From contig NC_087245.1 of assembly GCF_037042905.1 (NCBI RefSeq), forward strand, positions 36,830,001 through 36,894,000: 64,000 nt of DNA, read 5' to 3'. This DNA is from Lytechinus pictus. Lineage: Eukaryota. The notes beneath the pieces were generated by a model, which was not told the origin of the DNA, ran no database searches, and saw only the letters and a program-made list of their open reading frames with translations. The translations under genes and the position numbers were made by a program. This document shows, one piece after another, positions 40,152-52,747 of this stretch; the first letter of the stretch is position 1; each line of letters opens with the position of its first letter.

Positions 40152-40493
40152 ATAATAGTTACATTTATATAGTGCTTATTACACTTTATTTATTTCTAAG
40201 CGCTTTACATTGCAATTATTATTATCCCGGTCATCGGATCCTGACATGACCGCACACAAAGAATGCACTTTCTCCACTCCCTGGGGAGCATTCCAACAAG
40301 AGTTCCAAGACTCAATTGCTAGGCATACTACAAAGGATTTCGCATCCTACCGGGTACCCATTTAACACCTGGGTGGAGAGTGGCCAAGTGTGGATTGACG
40401 CCTTGCCAAAGGACGCTAGGCCGTGGTGGGATTCGAACACACGACCCTCTGATTGCAAGGCGAGAGTCGTAACCACTGCACCACCACGCTTCC
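40152..40493 (-). mobile_element. tRNA-derived SINE
   Basis: Reverse complement has A-box/B-box head (GTGGTGCAGTGGT, GTTCGAATCCC) and central CCAGGTGTTAAATGGGTACCCGG; matches 61072-61400. Confidence 0.88.
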
Positions 40494-40742
40494 ACAGCAA
40501 AATTTTTTTTCCACAGACATTCTTTATAAGGGAATAGTGCACATACCTCATAGATGAATAATTAGATTTATGACCAGTTGGATTTCCATTTCTGAAATTG
40601 AATTAACTACATCTTCTTGTAAATGGAGATCCTACATATCATGTATAGCTTAATGTGCAATATATTGTCCACCACTTCAATACAATTCAGTATCAACATT
40701 ATATTTCATGATTTAAAGTGATGTTTTTTTCTTTTGTTTTAG

Positions 40743-40851
40743 GACGGACTTGTTTCCCAAGAAGCAGAAGTATTACTCAAGCTTTTACTTCTTCTTTTCG
40801 CTCTTCTTAGCTTTTGCCATATCACTCTTTTTCCATGATAATACGAAGAAG
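40743..40851 (+). CDS. CASD1: CASD1 exon 12
   Basis: ttttag|..AAG|GTATG; TDLFPKKQKYYSSFYFFFSLFLAFAISLFFHDNTKK. Confidence 0.92.
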
Positions 40852-41346
40852 GTATGTATATATATATATATATATATAAACATCTTAAAGTTTCACATAT
40901 TGGCTTCGGAAACATTTAAGCATTACTTATAAAAGCACATTAAGGGTTAACCGGCAAGGGTTTAAAAAAAAAACCTTCACCGACAGTTGTTGAAATTTTG
41001 ACATTTTACTTATTTGCAACCATGAAATTGTGATCTATTTCCCTTTTTTTACTTGAAATTGTTTTGATTTAGTTGGAAACTATCAAGAAAAGAAAATTAA
41101 AAATATTCACTTCTTTCTTGACACACTCGGTCAACACCATAAAAGTCTAGATGTGGGAGTACAGTAATGCTATTATATAATACGTATGTAATCAATTGAA
41201 CGGTCCGATGTGTATGTTGTCCACATTTATTTCCTTAGTAGTGAGATTAATTCTTTATTCCGATATTTCATTGCAAGTTCATCATGAACGAAAAGCCGTT
41301 AATGGTAATGGTAAAAAGCCGGAATCCTGGCTTTAAGTCACATGAC

Positions 41347-41529
41347 CAGGGGTGTGAGAGTTCAGATTTTTAGCTGATTTCAGATTTTTGGGGTTTTATT
41401 TTCAGCTTAATTTCAGCTTATTTTGGCTTCCCTCTGTACAAAATGTATGGGAGCTCTTTCTATTTCAGACTTTTTCAGCACTCTTCAGCTTTTTTCAGAT
41501 CTTTTTATTTGTGATCACTGACACCCCTG
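41347..41529. mobile_element. MITE with CAG termini and 6-bp TSD (hAT6-like)
   Basis: CAGGGGTGTGAG ... CTGACACCCCTG; CATGAC on both flanks. Confidence 0.75.
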
Positions 41530-42031
41530 CATGACTCGAAAAGCAAGGGTTTTAGATGTCGGGTGACCTTTGAAAAATGTTGTCATCTTGGAGATATTCA
41601 TTCGATATAACTTCAGTTTATAATTTCATCAATGAATGGTTTTCATTTGTAAGGTTTTAGCATAAAAAATTGCCAAAGTATACTACCCTACCAAGGAGGC
41701 TCTTGCGATAATACACGGCGAGTCGTATACTGACTATGCGTAAGCTATTGGTGAATTGTACTTCAGTCAAAGCAGTGATTTTGAGACAAAATTTGAGATT
41801 ATTGTTAGTACGGGAAGCTACAGAACATCAGCTGGGCCAGGCCAGGTACCAGCGGAGTAATGTGCCGCTGGCATGGCCAGGCTGGAATCATGAGAATAAT
41901 AGATTATTTATTTCAAATGTCATTTATATCTTCATTTTGCCGATAAGCTTGATATCTGCAAATGATTTAGGGTGAGGGTCACGACCATCCAAAATAATTC
42001 AGGGTTCAATTGGTTAATCTTTTATTTTCAG

Positions 42032-42121
42032 CCAACCATCTTAAATCTTGACCAGACTAAAGAATGGAAAGGATGGATGCAGTTATGTATCTTGAGCTAT
42101 CACTATCTAGGTGCTAGTAAG
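42032..42121 (+). CDS. CASD1: CASD1 exon 13
   Basis: tttcag|..[38 protein letters not shown] (Cas1 signature). Confidence 0.95.
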
Positions 42122-42929
42122 GTAGGTTAACCCACTGACTACTGAAATTTGTATATCTTTACATGAAACCCCGTATTATTAGTTGATCCTGCCACTTTTT
42201 TTGCCGTTTGAATCGATTTTGCACAGGAAATATCTGAAGTGATATCCACTTAAACATTCTGAAATTAACAAAATCTTTGTCTTTAATGCTGGTAGGTTTC
42301 ACAAGTTGTAAATTACAAGCAAAATGCAATCTACTAGAAATTTATAGGCAGTAGCTCTGATAAACTTTGACCTCTTTCTGAAGTCCTTTGGAATGCATGC
42401 TGAAATTTTGATGCTTGAGTATTTTGGATGTAGTGTCAAGAAATTAATATTATCACAGTTATTTAAAGAAATTATACAACTTCTTAGTATGATTATGTAT
42501 GCACCATCGAACAGTATCTGATTAGATTAGATTAGATTTAGATTTATTTATTTTCCGTCAACTAAATACAAACATTACAGAGTCAAATATTTACAGAATT
42601 TTCAATCAAACATAAAAGTATAATAATAAACATAATATTCAATATTTAAATCAGGGACTAATGTTACTATACAGTATATCAATTGAACAAGAATGAATAT
42701 GACTTCACTATTTAAATAAAAATGAAGTAACAAAACGAGGAGGCTTGCCTAAAAAGCAATGCTTGTAAAAGAGGCGACCCCGTGTGAATTAGTTTCAACG
42801 TACAGAATCTTTAATTACAAATATTGCTGCTTGTTATGTATTCTTGTATTCTGCAATCAAGTAAGATACTGTCCTCGAAGGAGTGTCCTCCATCAATGTT
42901 AATGTATTTTGCGTTTATATATCTATCAG

Positions 42930-43049
42930 GTAGTTCCTATTTATATGCATCTTCGTTTGATTGTTGCGTCGTACCTCTTCATGACGGCGTATGGTCAATT
43001 CTGCGCATCCTGGGACAAAAGCAAGTTTGGTCTTGCAAGAGTCTGTAAC
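42930..43049 (+). CDS. CASD1: CASD1 exon 14
   Basis: tatcag|..AAC|GTAAG; VVPIYMHLRLIVASYLFMTAYGQFCASWDKSKFGLARVCN. Confidence 0.95.
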
Positions 43050-43392
43050 GTAAGTAGCCGATGGGTGATTTCAAGTCCGGTGTTGGCCTTGGTGTTGGTG
43101 TTGAAATATGGATTGCTTCCCCTAGCTCCAACTAGGTTGTGAAAAGTAACGCCAGAAAATGAAATATAAATTTTTGCCTGTTTTCATAGATCATACAGCA
43201 AGGGGGGTGTCATTGATATTTATTGTGGTGTTCTTTCTATGTTTCATAACATTCACTATCGGCTGTATTACCTTGAGAAAGAAGTTTAAATTCCAACATA
43301 GGCCTTTTTAAACCTGCATGCACACTTAATATGATCCAGTTGTATGGTGGCTATCAGTGCACACTTGGGACAATATGCACCTTTTGTTCTTA

Positions 43393-44352
43393 TTTTTGTC
43401 TCACCTGCATAGCAGAGTGAGACTATAGGCGCCGCTTTTCCGACGGCGGCGGCGGCGGCGGCGTCAACACCAAATCTTAACCTGAGGTTAAGTTTTTGAA
43501 ATGACAGCATAACTTAGAAAGTATATGGACCTAGTTCATGAAACTTGGCCATAAGGTTAATCAAGTATTACTGAACATCCTGCCTGAGTTTCATGTCACA
43601 TGACCAAGGTCAAAGGTCATTTAGGGTCAATGAACTTAGACCATGTTGGGGGAATCAACATCAAAATCTTAACCTAAGGTTAAGTTTTTGAAATGTCATC
43701 ATAACTTAGAAAATATATGGACCTAGTTCATGAAACTTATACATAAGGTTAATCAAGTATCACTGAACATCCTGCATGAGTTTCACATCACATGACCAAG
43801 GTCAAAGGTCATTTAGGGTCAATGAACTTTGGCCGAATTGGGGGTATCTGTTGAATTACCATCATAACTTTGAAAGTTTATGGATCTGATTCATGAAACT
43901 TGGACATAATAGTAATCAAGTATTACTGAACATCCTGTGCAAGTTTCAGGTCACATGATCAAGGTGATCAAGGTCATTTAGGGTCAATGAACTTTGGCCA
44001 AATTGGGGTATTTGTTGAATTACAGCCATAAATTTGAAAGTGTGTTGGTCTAGTTCATAAAACTTGGACATAATAGTAATCAAGTATCACTGAACATCCT
44101 GTGCGAGTTTCAGGTCACATGATCAAGGTCAAAGGTCATGTAAGGTCAAAGAACTTTGGCCACGTTGGGGGTATTTGTTGAATTGCCATCATATCTCTAT
44201 AAGTGTATTGGTCTAGTTCATAAAACGTGGAAATAAGAGTAACCAAGTATCACTGAACATCTTGTGCGAGTTATAGTAGTTTTCAAAATCAGCACTGCTG
44301 CTATATTGAATCGCGTGATGCAGGTGAGACGGCCAGAGGCATTCCACTTGTT
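43393..44352 (+). mobile_element. Non-autonomous Helentron-like element (HINE/DINE-type) with internal tandem repeats
   Basis: Subterminal inverted repeat TCTCACCTGCAT / ATGCAGGTGAGA, (GGC)n microsatellite, about five core repeats of 163-192 bp, T-rich ends. Confidence 0.75.
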
Positions 44353-44540
44353 GTGAACTAAAAACCCCCCAGAAAATGGTGTTGTACCCTCATGGGGCAG
44401 GCCCCTTCTCATAAAACATATTATAATAACAAATTTGCAATAACAGTTAAAAACTACTGAAATCCTTCAGTCTTGTTGGCTGGTAGTAAATTTAATATAC
44501 AAATTGTGCATTGTAAGTCTTTTATGAACCACAACCCAGG

Positions 44541-44787
44541 AGTCGTGGTCTTGTGGTTATGTGACTCGTTGTTCAATCCGAGGCACTTGAGTTTGATTCC
44601 CAGCCATGGCATAGTTTCCTTCAGCAAGAAATTTACCCACATTGTGCTTCACTCAACCCAGGTGAGGTGAATGGGGACCCGGTAGGAAGAAATTCCTCGA
44701 ATGCCAAAGCACCTGTAGGCAGCAGGCTAAAAAAGATACATATAGAAATTGCGCAATATAAACGTACAATTATTGATTATTATTATT
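44541..44787 (+). mobile_element. Diverged SINE
   Basis: Degenerate tRNA-like head, CAACCCAGGTG..AATGGG.ACCCGG core, ATT tail. Confidence 0.6.
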
Positions 44788-44804
44788 AAACCTTATCCGT
44801 GAAT

Positions 44805-46710
44805 TCAGTTTAGTTTTCAGTTTAGTTTATTTCCCTAATTCATATACAGACGTTTACATGCTTGACATGAGTATAACATAATTATCTTTAGTTGAAATAA
44901 ATGGTTCTTGAGACAGAAATTATACACAATAAGAATTTAAATCAGTGAAAAATGGAGGGGCCTAAGTTGAAAGCAGAGCTTGTGAGTTATAGGCCCCAAT
45001 GGAAGAAGGAGATAAGATGTAAGGCTATATAGTTATGAAAAAATAACAAAGTAAAAGAAAAACAAAAGTTTATACAGGTATAGTGAACCAGTTGGTTTAA
45101 TCACATCTGTAACATGCCCTGGAAGGAAAGTAATGTTTTAAAGGGAGGTATGGTGGTAAAATGGAGCTGCTGAAAGGTTTAGATATCTACTGCTGCCTGA
45201 ACTGCATAATCATTCAGAAAAGTATGTTTAAGTTTACGTTTGAATATAAACAATGAATTGGAGTCTGAAATGTCTTTGGATAGTCCGTTCCAGTACTTCG
45301 GTCCTGAAAAAGTAATTGTTTTCTGAGCAAAGGTTGTTCGAGTCAGTGGTAAATGATAAAATGTACTTTGTCGAGTTGCGTATGAATGAATTACATTTCT
45401 TTTAACAAATAATAAGGTGACAATGGCTGGTAATTCATTTGTGGATAGCTGGAACATAAAAATTCCTAAATTATATCTATATAAGTCTGAGATTTTGAGA
45501 AGTTGATTTCCATGAAGGTAACAACTTGTATGGGAAAGGAAACCAGCATTATTTATGTTTCTAACCGCACGTTTTTGAATGACAAACAACCTATGTAGTT
45601 GAGTTTTACTGCTATCACCCCAAGCAAGAATACTGTAATTGAGATAGGGCAAAATCAAGTATTGTAGAAAGATAATAAAAAATTTTGGGGAAGATCATGT
45701 TTAAGTTTGTTTAAAATGCCTGTGTTTCTAGCCGTTAATGTACAAAGATAATTAATATGTGATTCCCATGATAGTTTGCTATCGATATAAATTCCAAGAA
45801 ATTTTGTGGAATCGACTTTAGTTAAATTTGTGTTAGCAATCAATATATCACCGGGTAAAGATTTGATAGTATTACTGAACAACATATAATGAGTTTTGTT
45901 AACATTTAAAGATAGCTTATTTGCATTAATCCAGGCTTGGACCATTTTCAATTCCTCGTTCAGGATTTCGAGGAGGCTGGTGGGGTTACGGTGGGAGAAA
46001 AATATATTAGAATCGTCTGCAAAAAGAATAAACGACAAATTATCAGATGAATGTTGAAAATCATTAATATACAATATAAACAATAGGGGGCCTAACAAGG
46101 AACCTTGTGGAACACCACATGATACTATTCTCGGGTAAGAGTCCTGTCCATTAATACTAAGGAATTGTTTTCTGTCGGAAAGATAATTTCCAAACCACTC
46201 CAAGGCCTTTCCTCGAATCCCATAATGGGATAATTTATGCAGTAAGATATTATGATTGATAGTATCAAAGGCCTTGGAGAAGTCAAGGAAAATTCCAACA
46301 GTGTGAGACATGTTATCTATGGCATGGGCTATCTTATCTAAGAAAACAAGTAATGCATGAGTTGTGGAGTGTTTCTGTCTGAAGCCAAATTGATTTTTAG
46401 ATAAGATATTATGATATATTAAAAATTTCACTGTATGTGAATATACTCGTTTTTCGAGAATTTTTGAGAGGGAGGTCAAAAGAGAAATAGGGCGATAATT
46501 ACCAAGATGATCAGAGGCACCTTTCTTTAGCATTGGTATGACTTTGGCAATTTTCATTTTCTGTGGAACGATACCATTTGTAATGGATAGATTCAGGATA
46601 TGTGTCAGGGGTGCAATAATATGTGGTATGATCTCTTTTAATAGACAATTTGTTATACCATCGTACCCTGGACTTTTATTTTGTTTTAGATTATTAACAA
46701 TGTCGATTGT
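44805..46710 (-). mobile_element. 5'-truncated LINE (CR1/L2/Crack group) with reverse transcriptase and one frameshift
   Basis: ORFs 45655-46557 and 45179-45658: YRPISLL, QFGFR, FLDFSKAFD, GVPQGSLLGPLLF, FADD; 1-nt deletion at YNT/LILP; short-repeat 3' tail near 44805-44830; KSPGYDGI upstream to ~46707. Confidence 0.92.
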
Positions 46711-46760
46711 TAATGTTTATGTTTCTGTATTTTGTTCTTCTCCATCTCATCCAATTGCAG

Positions 46761-46917
46761 GTAATATTCCGTATGAATCTGATGGTATTCTTCCTGTGTC
46801 TTGTGATGAATAGACAGTATCAGCTCTATTACTTTGTCCCACTGGTCAGCTTCTGGTTTCTTGTCATCTATGCAACCATGGCCATCTTTCCAAGAGTTAC
46901 AAGACAAACTGCAGAAG
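46761..46917 (+). CDS. CASD1: CASD1 exon 15
   Basis: ttgcag|..G|GTAAA; VIFRMNLMVFFLCLVMNRQYQLYYFVPLVSFWFLVIYATMAIFPRVTRQTAE. Confidence 0.95.
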
Positions 46918-47834
46918 GTAAACAGTTCTCATCACCATTTTTGTCTTGTCTGAACGAAGTTCAGCAGAGACCTAGTAATCACTTTTCCTGCTGGTCTGTT
47001 AGTCTGTTTTTTTGTTTTTTTAACTTGCTCTTATTTCTGTATTTCTGCATCAATTGTGTTCATACTTAGTATAAATGATCCTTGGGTAACACCACATTTT
47101 TGGCTATGAAGATGATGAGGTCATCTAGGGGTCAAAAGGTCAAATCATGAGAGACCATGAGCATCATTTTTCTTGTTAAAATAATGATAAAGTTGTTGTT
47201 TAACTTGCTCTCATTTCTTTATTTCTGCATCAATTGTGTTCATACTTGGTACAAATGATCCTTGGGTAATACCATGTTTGTGGTGATGAAGATGATGAGG
47301 TCAAAGTTCGTCTAGGGGTCAAAAGGTCAAATGATTAAACATGTCCTCATTTTCTTATTTTTATTTAAATTTTATTTAAACTTCAAACAAGTGATCATTA
47401 GGTATTTTCACATATATACCTTCAAAGCTTACATCAAAGCCATCTTGGAGTCAAAAGGTCATTTTGCATGTTGTATTATCGCGAAATCAGTCGAGACTTG
47501 TGGTTCATGAACCACCTTGTTTTTCCTTGTGGAGGTATACAATAGTATGAATAAAACATTAAATAACCTTGTAAAGAGGCGGAACATTTCCATACATCTT
47601 TACATCTTAACCCTATGTTTGGTATTGATAAATGATTTGAATTAGATCTGAATCTCCGCTAAAGAAAGCAGAGCAGGGAAGGGGGGGGGGGGGTCATAAA
47701 GATTTTTATAATGAATGCCAAACAGCATGTAAACATCAAGATAGTATGTGTTAAATAAGTGCACTTTGGTGTTTAAGCAGGAAGTCACACTCAACATTCT
47801 GTAGGATGACCGCCATTTCTAAACAGCCTTTCAC

Positions 47835-48145
47835 ATTCTTCTTCTTCTTCCTCTTTGTTATCTTCTTCATTGTCATCACTTTCTTCTTCTTCTTTGTCAT
47901 CTTCTTTTTGTTTGTCGTCATCATTGTCGTCTTCTTCTCTTTCCTCTCCTTCTTCTTCTTCTCTTTCTTCTTAATTTTTCTTCTTCTTCTACTTCCTCTT
48001 CTTCTTTTTCTTCTTCTCCTCCTCCTTCTCCTCTTTTTCTTCTTCTCTTTTTCCTTCCTCTTCTTCACCTTCTTCTTCTACTTCTCTTTTTCCTTCATTT
48101 TCTTCTTCTTCTTCTTCCTATACCTCTTCCTTCTCCTTACCCTCA
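47835..48145 (+). repeat. Imperfect (TTC)n tract
   Basis: Directly visible; ends about 60 nt before exon 16. Confidence 0.9.
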
Positions 48146-48202
48146 TTATTCTTAACATGCATCAAGCAGCAAATAGTTCTTTTTTATATATATCTCTTGC
48201 AG

Positions 48203-48282
48203 AAAACAAAAGGCATTATCTGTACATGGCTGCTAAACTTTTGGTGCTATTCATCATCATCACATGCCTATCATTTTCACAG
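48203..48282 (+). CDS. CASD1: CASD1 exon 16
   Basis: ttgcag|..CAG|GTGAG; NKRHYLYMAAKLLVLFIIITCLSFSQ. Confidence 0.9.
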
Positions 48283-48771
48283 GTGAGATACCATAAGCGT
48301 GAGTCAGTAAGACTGAAATTACTAGAATAAGTATGGCAAGCCATTCTCATAAATGGTCAGGGAAAAATTTCCTGGTATCCCATCGCAATTTAGATTTCTT
48401 TTGTGTATTAATCTTTAGTGAAATGTACAGAAAATATTAAGGCTTTCTTCATCCATCCAGAAATTATGCTAATCAAATTTAAACAAAGGAAAAGTATTCT
48501 CTGATGGTTATAGACCAGTTCGTAGTTACTTCATGGACAATTTTGGTCAAATGACCTTTCATTTCTTTTATTAAGATTTCAAAGCAAGATATTACGTATG
48601 CATGCCTTACATAGCGGGATGAAGAAATTGAATAGACCAGGTGACTAGAATAGCACATCAATGAACACTATGAAGGTATTTGTTGCATTTCTACTTTGAA
48701 TGCATATTAGAGGATGTTGTACAATGTACTTGGCAAACTGTGAAATATACTAGTCATTCGTGGATGCATTG

Positions 48772-49174
48772 TTTTTGTCTCACCTGCATAGCAGAGTGAG
48801 ACTATAGGCGCCGCTTTTCCGACGGCGGCGGCGGCGGCGTCAACACCAAATCTTAACCTGAGGTTAAGTTTTTGAAATGACAGCATAACTTAGAAAGTAT
48901 ATGGACCTAGTTCATGAAACTTGGCCATAAGGTTAATCAAGTATTACTGAACATCCTGCCTGAGTTTCATGTCACATGACCAAGGTCAAAGGTCATTTAG
49001 TTGAATTGCCATCATATCTCTATAAGTGTATTGGTCTAGTTCATAAAACGTGGAAATAAGAGTAACCAAGTATCACTGAACATCTTGTGCGAGTTATAGT
49101 AGTTTTCAAAATCAGCACTGCTGCTATATTGAATCGCGTGATGCAGGTGAGACGGCCAGAGGCATTCCACTTGT
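48772..49174 (+). mobile_element. Short copy of the Helentron-like element
   Basis: Ends essentially identical to 43393-44352; internal repeats collapsed at GGTCATTTAG|TTGAATTGCC. Confidence 0.8.
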
Positions 49175-49929
49175 TTGTGGATGTGAATGAAAAACACAAT
49201 TCAAAAGAATATATGAATAATCAACACATCAAAGATGGTGCTTATCTCATTAGATTTTAAACCACCATGTCACTTTAGTACAAATGACCTTCCTCTGATC
49301 ATGCGCAGAATCTTCTGATCATGCGCAGAGTTGAACTACTAACTGGCTTATACTCACACCATTCAGAAAATTGACTATAGAAAGCCAATTTACACCACCA
49401 GGTGAAAGCTGTTTGTAAGTTACGAATGACTTCACAAGCGACTTGTGATCCTTCATTGTGGTATATCATACACAATTATATATTCTATTTTCTGTAGAAG
49501 TGTTGTGGCTCAGTGGATAAGTCTCCGGATTTTGAACCACAAGGTCCGGTGTTCAAATCCCACCGCAACACTCGCATCCTTTGGCAAGGTGTTTATCTAC
49601 ATTTGCCACTCTCCACCCAGGTGGGTGTTTCATAAAGCCGTTAGTAATTGAAGAGCGACTTTAAGAACAACTAGTGATCCTTTCTATTGGTAAATGGTAT
49701 ATTCATTGGCAATGGTTTAGCGCGTAAGAAATTTCACATAAGAGAGGATCACCAGTCATTCTTAAAGTCGCTCTTAACTTATGAACATCTTTATTTAACA
49801 CCCACCGGGTCCCACTGGGTTTTAGGAAGATTTGCCTTTGAATTTTATATATATATATATATACATATTCATATGCATGTGTATTATTGTTGCTCCTTTG
49901 GACATTTTTTCCACTCATTTTCTGATTAG

Positions 49930-50034
49930 GTAACGTTTAATCTCATGTTTGAATGGTGGCCTCTGAATCAACTCTTCTTCTGGCCAGGCACATCTATTTA
50001 TGAATGGTGGTTTAGATGGAATCTTGATAAATAT
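49930..50034 (+). CDS. CASD1: CASD1 exon 17
   Basis: attag|..TAT|GTAAG; VTFNLMFEWWPLNQLFFWPGTSIYEWWFRWNLDKY. Confidence 0.95.
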
Positions 50035-50256
50035 GTAAGTCTATTCTTCTTAATATTATCCTTTTGACTGTCATTCCTTGTAATTCTCTGTGTACTATTC
50101 TCTTGAACCATATGGTAGATCTTATCAATGGAATGATGGTTACTGGTGATTTTTTGAAAGTTTTTTCTTTTCATAATTTATAAGGCATAGAGACCTTATG
50201 TTGATATGCATTTACTAAGAAGTGCACTATTGTTATCATATATCACAAATTATAAT

Positions 50257-50910
50257 GATGATGATGAAGAAGAAGAAGAGGAGGAAGGAGAAGAAGAAGG
50301 AGGAAGGAGAAGTAGAAGTAGAAGTAGAAGTAGAAGTAGAAGTAGAAGTAGAAGTAGAAGTAGAAGAAGAAGAAGACGAAGACGAAGACGAAGAAGAAGA
50401 AGAAGAAGAAGAAGACGAAGAAGAAGAAGAAGAAGAAGAAGAAGAAGAAGAAGAAGAAGAAGAAGACGAAGACGAAGACGAAGACGAAGACGAAGACGAA
50501 GACGAAGAAGAAGAAGAAGAAGAAGAAGAAGAAGAAGAAGAAGAAGAAGAAGAAGAAGAAGAAGAAGAAGAAGAAGAAGAAGAAGAAGAAGAAGAAGAAG
50601 AAGAAGAAGAAGAAGAAGAAGAAGAAGAAGAAGAAGAAGAAGAAGAAGAAGAAGAAGAAGAAGAAGAAGAAGAAGAAGAAGAAGAAGAAGAAGAAGAAGA
50701 AGAAGAAGAAGAAGAAGAAGAAGAAGAAGAAGAAGAAGAAGAAGAAGAAGAAGAAGAAGAAGAAGAAGAAGAAGAAGAAGAAGAAGAAGAAGAAGAAGAA
50801 GAAGAAGAAGAAGAAGAAGAAGAAGAAGAAGAAGAAGAAGAAGAGGAAGAGGAAGGAGAAGAAGGAGGAGGAGGAAGGAGAAGAAGGAGAATGAGAAGGA
50901 AAAGGAGGAG
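50257..50910 (+). repeat. Long GAA-based microsatellite
   Basis: About 113 uninterrupted GAA units (50504-50842) plus GAAGTA and GAAGAC variant blocks. Confidence 0.97.
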
Positions 50911-51018
50911 AGTGCTTGATGTATATATTAAAACTAATTATTGTGTTACTTATAATATCAATAACAGAGATTATCATAATGATCATTGCCCCTTATTCTT
51001 TCATTTATCTGATTGTAG

Positions 51019-51159
51019 ACTATTCCATATGGTATGTTCTTTGGTTACATCCTCCTGACTTCAAAAGCTTCTAAATTGGTGGATGATAGCTATGGTGGGG
51101 ACCTCTTCTCTCCAACCAAAACCATAATTATTTACATCATAGCGGCAGCAGTCTTTCTA
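51019..51159 (+). CDS. CASD1: CASD1 exon 18
   Basis: ttgtag|..CTA|GTAAG; TIPYGMFFGYILLTSKASKLVDDSYGGDLFSPTKTIIIYIIAAAVFL. Confidence 0.9.
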
Positions 51160-52069
51160 GTAAGTAATTGATCCTGTGTGTGACTTAATTTAGATTACTA
51201 TAGATTGTATACAGGGACAAACAGATTCCTGAAAACATGAGGTAAAAAGGCAAAATCCTGAGTTTTCAACCTCTTTTCGTGAGATTTAAAAAATACATAT
51301 TTAAGTAAAGTGACCAAAACACGAGATAACTCTTCAGATACACAGGCATTCAAAATGTGACTTCAAAAGAGCTGAAATGTAGAGATTATTTCTATGTAGT
51401 CCCATACATATAATTCTGTGTGATCGTTACTGATTGCTTTGGTGATTCCACAACTTTATTATATACATAGATTCCAAGGTGCGTTATAGTACCATTTTGC
51501 AATCGCTTTGGGATGATTTCCTTCACAATTCAATCTCATAAATAGATTCTATGATTACCTGGCTTTTGGCTTTTAGACAAAGAACAAGCACATCAACAAA
51601 GCTACGACGTTTTTTTTTTTTTTTGCAAGAGCACTTGACTCTGTTTTTGTCATCTAGCTAAACAAAAATACAAGTTAATCCTCTATTACAAAATTAACAA
51701 AATAAGTTACGATTGACATTTTAATAAAGTAATAAGTCATCACATTGATATTGTGATGTCATTATATGTCCACCTAAGTTTTGACATTCCCCCCCCCCCC
51801 CCCAGAATTGAAGTGTATTGCTCATACTGTCTGTCTATGTCTAGGGACTTTCAACAAAATACCGCTGAGATTTGTGACACTATTTCTGTATGCAACATAC
51901 ATCATGCTTTCAATGATAAATCTAAGTTTTACAAATATATATAATAGATTGGTTATAATTATGATAAGGTTTAATATGATATAACATGATAATTCTTGGT
52001 TTTGTTTTTTCTCAGTTGCACCCCATACATGCTGCTTATCATCATCATCAACAAGCTTTTTTTTCTTAA

Positions 52070-52653
52070 AGGAGAATGAAACTCTTGGAGCAAGTTAGCT
52101 TTTATGAAAGCAGAAAAATCAAAGAATAAGATCAACAAAAGTTTGAGTAAAATAGGACTAGCAATAGAAGAGTTATGAGCATTTGAATGTCGAGATCACT
52201 AATGCTATGGAGATCCTCCCATTGGCAATGCGACCAAGATCTATGATGTCACAGATGAACAACTCTCCCCTTTTGGACACTGAAAATGTACCCCAAAACA
52301 TCTCTTTTTGCTCATTCTAATCATATGACAAACGATTCATCAATGATATAATGTTGTGAAACCTCTGTACTTGTCCTCTCATAAAGAGAACACCTCACCT
52401 TGTGATAGATTCTATAAAAGTGAGAATATAAGTGAAATAAGTACTAAAGCAATGAGGGAGTTGTACGTATGTGACATCACAGATCTTGGTCGCATTGCCA
52501 ATGGGAGGATCTACATGGCATTAGTGATCTCAATATTCAAATGCTCATAACTTTCTTATTATTCATTCAATCTTCCTCAAACTTTCAACAATATGTTTCT
52601 TTGATTTTTCTCTTTGATATGGATTCAGCTAGTTTCAAGGGTTTCATTCTCCT
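52070..52653. mobile_element. Kolobok-like MITE next to the exon 19 acceptor
   Basis: TTAA|AGGAGAATGAAAC ... GTTTCATTCTCCT|TTAA with long inverted arms. Confidence 0.9.
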
Positions 52654-52669
52654 TTAATCTTCTTTTCAG

Positions 52670-52747
52670 TTATACAGCTTCCATTTATACCAGTGTGACA
52701 GCAAGCCAGAATGTAATAATATTCATAGTTATACAAGTTTTATACCG
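52670..52747 (+). CDS. CASD1: CASD1 exon 19
   Basis: tttcag|..CCG|GTAAG; LYSFHLYQCDSKPECNNIHSYTSFIP. Confidence 0.92.

Noticed and set aside
47751..48330. Lys-rich and Phe-rich ORFs
   Set aside because: TTC tract read-through; only 48203-48282 is a real exon
50206..51058. Long poly-Arg, poly-Glu and poly-Phe ORFs
   Set aside because: Translations of the GAA microsatellite inside CASD1 intron 17
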